Shown piece by piece: positions 15,009-19,254 of a stretch of 19,254 bases of DNA (position 1 is its first letter; every line of letters starts with the position of its first letter). The DNA is from Candidatus Thorarchaeota archaeon. Its GTDB lineage: Archaea; Asgardarchaeota; Thorarchaeia; Thorarchaeales; Thorarchaeaceae. The position numbers and the translations under genes were made by a program. Below the pieces are notes generated by a model, which did no database searches, was not told the DNA's origin, and worked only from the letters and a program-made list of their open reading frames with translations. The stretch is from assembly GCA_016839445.1 (NCBI GenBank), contig JAEOUG010000126.1:1-19254 (forward strand), given 5' to 3'.

Positions 15009-15812
15009 ATGCAGTGGCGTCTTCTCCTTGAGAAAGGAACTGATATCTACAGGAACCTAGCAGTAGATGAGGCTCTTGCTAGAGAAAGCGCGAAGAGGAC
15101 TGAGAAGACGAGCACTCTGAGATTCTGGATTGCTGACAGATCAGTAGTAATCGGCAGATTCCAGTGTGTCCACGAGGAAGTGAATCTGGCATTCTGCAGC
15201 TCGCAACGCATCTCCATAGCCAGAAGGTTCACAGGCGGTGGAGCAGTATACCATGACCTAGGCAACCTGAACTTCACTGTCTGTGGCGATCAGAAAGACC
15301 CGTCAGTATCACGGAACCTCATGGAGTTCTATAGCACTTTCATCGGAGCAGTCACCGAGAGTCTGAGGTCGCTCGGACCGGACGCGGAGTATGACGAAGA
15401 CCGGGCCTGCATCCGCGTACGCGGTCGGAAGGTTACTGGCACAGCCGGATGGATGAAGCAGGGGGTCTCGTTCCTTCATGGGACAATTCTCGTATCAGCA
15501 GATTTGGATACCCTAAGGGAGTCCTTGACTCCGGATGATGCCCAGCCGGCCTATCTCAGGGATAGCACCAGAATCAGATGCAAGAAGAGCAAACGCGACA
15601 CGGTAACGAACCTGAAGGATGAGATTGAAAGGACACCTTCAATGAAAGAGATCCAGACGGCAATTGTGACCGCGTTCCGAAAAGTCACAGGTGCGGACTT
15701 CGTCAAGGGCAATCTCACTGCACAAGAGAGAGATACTTCACAGGCTTTATATCAGAGCCGCTATTCCCAGTCCGACTGGAATCTAGGAACGCCACTTCTG
15801 GCAACACGATAA
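15009..15812 (+). CDS. lplA: Lipoate-protein ligase A family, catalytic domain only
   Basis: NLAVDEAL, VVIGRFQ, RRFTGGGAVYHDLGNLNF, GRKVTGTA (catalytic Lys), HGTIL, VTNL and Y..DWN. 267 aa with no accessory C-terminal domain. Confidence 0.9.
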   Translation: MQWRLLLEKGTDIYRNLAVDEALARESAKRTEKTSTLRFWIADRSVVIGRFQCVHEEVNLAFCSSQRISIARRFTGGGAVYHDLGNLNFTVCGDQKDPSVSRNLMEFYSTFIGAVTESLRSLGPDAEYDEDRACIRVRGRKVTGTAGWMKQGVSFLHGTILVSADLDTLRESLTPDDAQPAYLRDSTRIRCKKSKRDTVTNLKDEIERTPSMKEIQTAIVTAFRKVTGADFVKGNLTAQERDTSQALYQSRYSQSDWNLGTPLLATR

Positions 15813-15829
15813 GCTAGGTGAAGAAGACT

Positions 15830-16177
15830 ATGACTGATGATGTTGAGAAGACACTGAAGAGCTTCATGAAGCACTTCGGAGCTCTGAATCGTGACATACC
15901 AGATGCGAGGAACGCTTTTTCGGACCTGCAGAAGACCGTACACAAGGATGGAGCCCTTTCGGCCAAGTTCAAAGAGATAATCTGCATCGTGGCATCTGTG
16001 CTTTCTCCGTGCGAGGAGTGCATGGTCTATCACACTAAGCAGGCCATATCACTAGGAGCGACCAGAGAAGAGATCATGGAGGCCTGTTCAGTGGCCATTG
16101 TCATGGGTGGAGGTCCCGCAGCCTCTCACATCTCCACCGTTCAGGACTGTTTGGATGCATGGGCACCCAGAAAGTGA
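15830..16177 (+). CDS. Carboxymuconolactone decarboxylase / AhpD-like CxxC protein
   Basis: DGALSAKFKEIICIVASVLSPCEECMVYH..GATREEIMEA..MGGGP. RBS AGGTGA precedes ATG 15830, 17 nt after the lplA stop. Confidence 0.92.
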   Translation: MTDDVEKTLKSFMKHFGALNRDIPDARNAFSDLQKTVHKDGALSAKFKEIICIVASVLSPCEECMVYHTKQAISLGATREEIMEACSVAIVMGGGPAASHISTVQDCLDAWAPRK

Positions 16178-16179
16178 GG

Positions 16180-17223
16180 TCAACTCAAGTCAGTGAACAA
16201 GACCTTGATTGCTTGCTGCGTTTCCATTAGCTCAAATCCTCTCTCCCATTCGGAAAGAGCGATTCGATGAGTAATAAGTGGCGCTACGTCAATCTTCCGT
16301 GTGGACATCAATCGGAGCGTTGTCACCCAAGAAGATGGAAGGGTGCCCCACGTCCCCGACATAGTGAGTTCCTTCGTCACCATGGGATCCAGGTCTATGT
16401 TCAGAGACATTCCTCTTACGCCCAAGAGTGTAACATGCCCCGAGACCTTCACGAAGTCCAGGGCCTGAGTACAGGCAACACAGGCTCCAGATGCCTCGAT
16501 TACAACGTCAGCCCCGCGTCCATCGGTTTCATCCATAACCAGGCCTACAGGGTCAGCTTCAGCCTGAACATCAAGGGTGATGTCAACACCGGCCCTACGA
16601 GCTATGTCAAACCTCCATTGGTCGGAACTCACTCCTGTGAGGATGACCTTTCCTGCCCCCATGGCCTTGGCGACCTGCGCCGAGAGAAGCCCCATAGTTC
16701 CAGGTCCCTGTACGACGACAACGTCACCTGGTTGAATGGGCGATTTGTCAATGACCGAATGAACAACACACGCTGTGGGTTCAGCCAAAGCGGCCTCCTC
16801 CTCAGACACTCCCTTGGGAACCTTGTGAACGATATACTCGGGCACCACGATATACTTGGCAAAGGCCCCGTTTGCCAGGGAGGTCCCGAGGATTCTCTTG
16901 TCAGAGGCCGTACATCGGTTCATGTGTCCGGTCTTGCACTGGTAGCACTTCCCGCAGTATGCAGTTGCCGGTGACACAACCTGGTCGCCGACATTGACCG
17001 CAGAAACATCTCTCCCGACTTCGATGACTTCGCCCGAGTACTCATGACCAAGGATCACTGGAGGTGTGTAGAATGCCTGGTCGTGCTTGATGTGGACATC
17101 GGTGCCGCATATCCCTGCGGCACTGACCTCAATGAGTACTTGATCCTCTGCAGGTCTAGGATCTTCTACGTCCCTAAGCTCAAGATTGCCAGGACCCCGG
17201 GCGGTCTTCATCAATCCTCTCAA
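16180..17223 (-). CDS. Zn-dependent medium-chain dehydrogenase (sorbitol/threonine/butanediol dehydrogenase-like)
   Basis: GICGTDVH, LGHEYSG, structural Zn site CGKCYQC-X7-C, AALAEP and Rossmann GPGTMG. TTG start. Confidence 0.92.
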   Translation of the reverse strand: MRGLMKTARGPGNLELRDVEDPRPAEDQVLIEVSAAGICGTDVHIKHDQAFYTPPVILGHEYSGEVIEVGRDVSAVNVGDQVVSPATAYCGKCYQCKTGHMNRCTASDKRILGTSLANGAFAKYIVVPEYIVHKVPKGVSEEEAALAEPTACVVHSVIDKSPIQPGDVVVVQGPGTMGLLSAQVAKAMGAGKVILTGVSSDQWRFDIARRAGVDITLDVQAEADPVGLVMDETDGRGADVVIEASGACVACTQALDFVKVSGHVTLLGVRGMSLNIDLDPMVTKELTMSGTWGTLPSSWVTTLRLMSTRKIDVAPLITHRIALSEWERGFELMETQQAIKVLFTDLS

Positions 17224-17276
17224 GACTATGCCTCGACCGAGGCTGTGTCAGGTGGTTATAGAATCTTGTGGATAGG

Positions 17277-17549
17277 TCAGTGAGCCAGTATCTCATTGAA
17301 CCCGTTGTCTTCGTGGCCCTCATCGATCGACCGTACGCGATACGTCGTGCCGTGTTCATCTCTGATTCTACCAGCGGTGGTAGCACCAACGAACCGTTTT
17401 CTCACGGGGGCCTCCTTGCCAATCCAGAGGTACACCTTCTTGTTGAGTTCGTCAACAATGCAGAACACTGAGAAGGAATTCAGGTCGGACTTGGTGATGC
17501 TGACGCTGTTGGTTGTGCCGTCCTCATGCATCTCCAGTGCTTCGACCAT
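17277..17549 (-). CDS. Single-domain gelsolin-like protein (progelsolin type)
   Basis: DLNSFSVFCIVDELNKKVYLWIGKEA...A..IRDE...VRSIDEGHEDNGF follows the gelsolin-repeat consensus (LNS.d.FIlD...iyvW.G......v.eG.E...F). ATG 17549 is preferred. Confidence 0.85.
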   Translation of the reverse strand: MVEALEMHEDGTTNSVSITKSDLNSFSVFCIVDELNKKVYLWIGKEAPVRKRFVGATTAGRIRDEHGTTYRVRSIDEGHEDNGFNEILAH

Positions 17550-17575
17550 TGTAAAACCCACACTCGAGGGGTTAG

Positions 17576-17581
17576 TTATAA
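17576..17581 (-). promoter_or_regulatory. TATA box (TTATAA) of the gelsolin-like gene, probably a leaderless transcript
   Basis: Lies 27-32 nt upstream of ATG 17549; no clear RBS. Confidence 0.5.
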
Positions 17582-17657
17582 CATTGACGCATCATCGGCC
17601 CAGCGCATCTGCAAGAGCGCACGTGGGATGGTACGGAGTGGACCCAAACCGAGCTGG

Positions 17658-18017
17658 CTAGATTCTCTCAAACTTGGCCTTGACAGTTCCGCCGCAGTAG
17701 CCGCACTTGGCTTCCAGTGGACCTACCCAGTCTATGCCCTCATGACTCAGGGCAGCTCCGCAGGATGGGCACCTGTCTGGAAGTCTCACTGTCGACATCT
17801 GAGAGCCATCTGACCGCGTCTGTCCTCTGTACCGATCAGGAATCACAAAAGAGGGAGCCTCCATTGTGAACCCACGGCTAATCTCACGAGATATCGTCGA
17901 GCCGGCCCTACAGATTGTTACGCCGACAATGATGACAACCACTATTACGAAGACGAAGATTATCACGAACATGCTCTGGAAGAGCGAGAAGAATGAGTCG
18001 AAGAAGTCAAACTGCAC
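17658..18017 (-). CDS. Single-pass membrane protein with a C-terminal zinc ribbon
   Basis: TM MFVIIFVFVIVVVIIVGVTIC, then CPSCGA..CGYCG. GTG start with an upstream GTGAGG. Confidence 0.8.
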   Translation of the reverse strand: MQFDFFDSFFSLFQSMFVIIFVFVIVVVIIVGVTICRAGSTISREISRGFTMEAPSFVIPDRYRGQTRSDGSQMSTVRLPDRCPSCGAALSHEGIDWVGPLEAKCGYCGGTVKAKFERI

Positions 18018-18189
18018 CGCATAGCATCCTCACGCGATTCTTAAGGCCGTCCTCTTGCGAGCCCTTATTACCCTTTTCCTTGGCTTGAGACCTTCTCCAT
18101 GAAGTAGGGAGCCCCCCGAGTTCGGAACCTATATATCACGCTCCAGTTCCTGCCGTGCATGTAACTCAACTTGGAGGCCAAATGAAGAA

Positions 18190-18549
18190 ATGCAGATTCC
18201 CACTTTCCTCCTGAGGAAGTTGTACGTGAAAGGAAGCCTCGAGAATGTAGAGGACGGCTTCCACTTCAAGATCAAGAACTCAATCTCAAATGCCACCGCA
18301 CTGGCAATTGAGCCAATCAAGGTGAATGGTTCAGAGTATCCGCTCAACGCGACCGTCATCCGGTCAGGGGACACAGAGATCACAGGCGACCAGATAGGCG
18401 CTGACAACTCATTTCCCATCTCTGTGGGAGTTGAGATAGTCCTACATATCAAGGGCAGTCCTTTGCCTGAAGGTGAACACACTATCGACATCTCATTGAC
18501 AACGAAGGAAGTTGGCAAGCTGGCCTTCGACGTGAAGGATTCCATCTAG
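18190..18549 (+). CDS. Conserved hypothetical all-beta protein (IPxFLLxKLYVKGSLxN family)
   Basis: Clean ORF with TATA-like CTATATAT at 18129-18136. I recall this N-terminal motif from small proteins often loosely annotated as HMG-CoA reductase-associated; no reductase catalytic motifs are present. Confidence 0.75.
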   Translation: MQIPTFLLRKLYVKGSLENVEDGFHFKIKNSISNATALAIEPIKVNGSEYPLNATVIRSGDTEITGDQIGADNSFPISVGVEIVLHIKGSPLPEGEHTIDISLTTKEVGKLAFDVKDSI

Positions 18550-18559
18550 ACTCCTTGAG

Positions 18560-18700
18560 CTAGGATAGGCCGAGTATCCACACCAGAAGCAGAAGTGGAT
18601 AGACAAAGAGCATGAGCGTCAAGAGCACGCTCATAGCCAGTCCTAGCTTCCTCTCCACCAAGGGACAGACGGGCACCTCATCAGTTACTTCCTCAGACAT
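18560..18700 (-). CDS. Small tail-anchored membrane protein (46 aa; 50 aa if the start is at 18712)
   Basis: Not in the ORF track. Manual translation: MSEEVTDEVPVCPLVERKLGLAMSVLLTLMLFVYPLLLLVWILGLS*. It fills the intergenic gap without overlapping either neighbour. Confidence 0.65.
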   Translation of the reverse strand: MSEEVTDEVPVCPLVERKLGLAMSVLLTLMLFVYPLLLLVWILGLS

Positions 18701-18795
18701 CGTAGGTACCATGCTTCGGACTGCTGCTTATCATAGTTCTTGTTCGCCACAATAGTTTTGTGCGAAAGCAGGGAAGACGGGACTGGTGGAAGGAC

Positions 18796-19254
18796 ATGTA
18801 TGTTAAGATACGCCAAGATGGTGCTATCGGGATTGGCCGAGCCACAACAGGCAGCGAAGAGATCACTCTAGGTTATGGCGAAGCCCACATGATAGCCGCC
18901 GCGCTGGACAAGCTGGCCCAAACGGCCAGGTCCTACAAACAGACGTACCACAAGACTACCGATGTCGGGAGTGGGAACAGAATCGACTTCGAGCGTGCCG
19001 ATGATGGTACTATACTGGTCTCGGGCGATAGGCAGACCTACATCTGTACTGAACAGGAGGTTCGTGCCCTCTCAGAGAGACTCAAGAACCTGCCTCCAGT
19101 CAACGTAACCACGCCTTCAGACTACGTCAAGAAGATTACACCGAGAAACGGATTGTGCCTGCAGATCGTCAATGGAGGCCCATCCTTCTTGGTACGATTG
19201 CCAGAGGCAGCTATCCTGAAGACCGCCGTGCTTAGCAGCATTGACTCGAAGTAC
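18796..19254 (+). CDS. Hypothetical protein with repeated beta-beta-beta-alpha units; runs off the right edge
   Basis: Not in the ORF track. 153 open codons from ATG 18796: MYVKIRQDGAIGIGRATTGSEEITLGYGEAHMIAAALDKLAQTARSY...SSIDSKY. Purine-rich GGTGGAAGGA upstream. Confidence 0.85.
   Translation, partial: MYVKIRQDGAIGIGRATTGSEEITLGYGEAHMIAAALDKLAQTARSYKQTYHKTTDVGSGNRIDFERADDGTILVSGDRQTYICTEQEVRALSERLKNLPPVNVTTPSDYVKKITPRNGLCLQIVNGGPSFLVRLPEAAILKTAVLSSIDSKY

Noticed and set aside
16267-16974. 235-aa + strand ORF and the other overlapping short ORFs in the track (e.g. 9831-10286, 12863-13279, 18129-18545)
   Set aside because: Antisense or off-frame shadows of well-supported genes, with no motifs of their own.

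Overview
Gene-dense archaeal window, most likely Asgard (Thorarchaeia-like). This is inferred from a stand-alone gelsolin domain, a longin-type protein, fwd genes, GGTGA/GAGGTG ribosome-binding sites and TATA-box promoters. Left to right: an iron-sulfur flavoprotein cut by the window edge, a probable longin plus roadblock-like fusion, an archaeal winged-helix regulator, a very long bactofilin-like beta-helix protein, a SAM methyltransferase and a 998-aa surface glycoprotein. Next is a formylmethanofuran dehydrogenase operon fwdD-fwdB-fwdA (no fwdC/F/G here), divergent from a TPP-dependent acetoin/2-oxoacid dehydrogenase E1a-E1b-E2 cluster (no E3 here). Then a double zinc-ribbon protein, a GbsR/MarR regulator, a lipoate ligase coupled to an AhpD-like CxxC protein, a Zn-dependent dehydrogenase, a single-domain gelsolin, three small hypothetical proteins (one absent from the ORF track) and a beta-beta-beta-alpha repeat protein cut by the right edge. 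No rRNA, tRNA, CRISPR array or mobile element was recognised. Best candidates for new biology: (i) an E3-less lipoyl relay possibly discharged by the AhpD-like protein, back-to-back with a minimal Fwd; (ii) the eukaryote-like trafficking and cytoskeletal proteins. All family calls come from motif recognition by eye; no searches were run.
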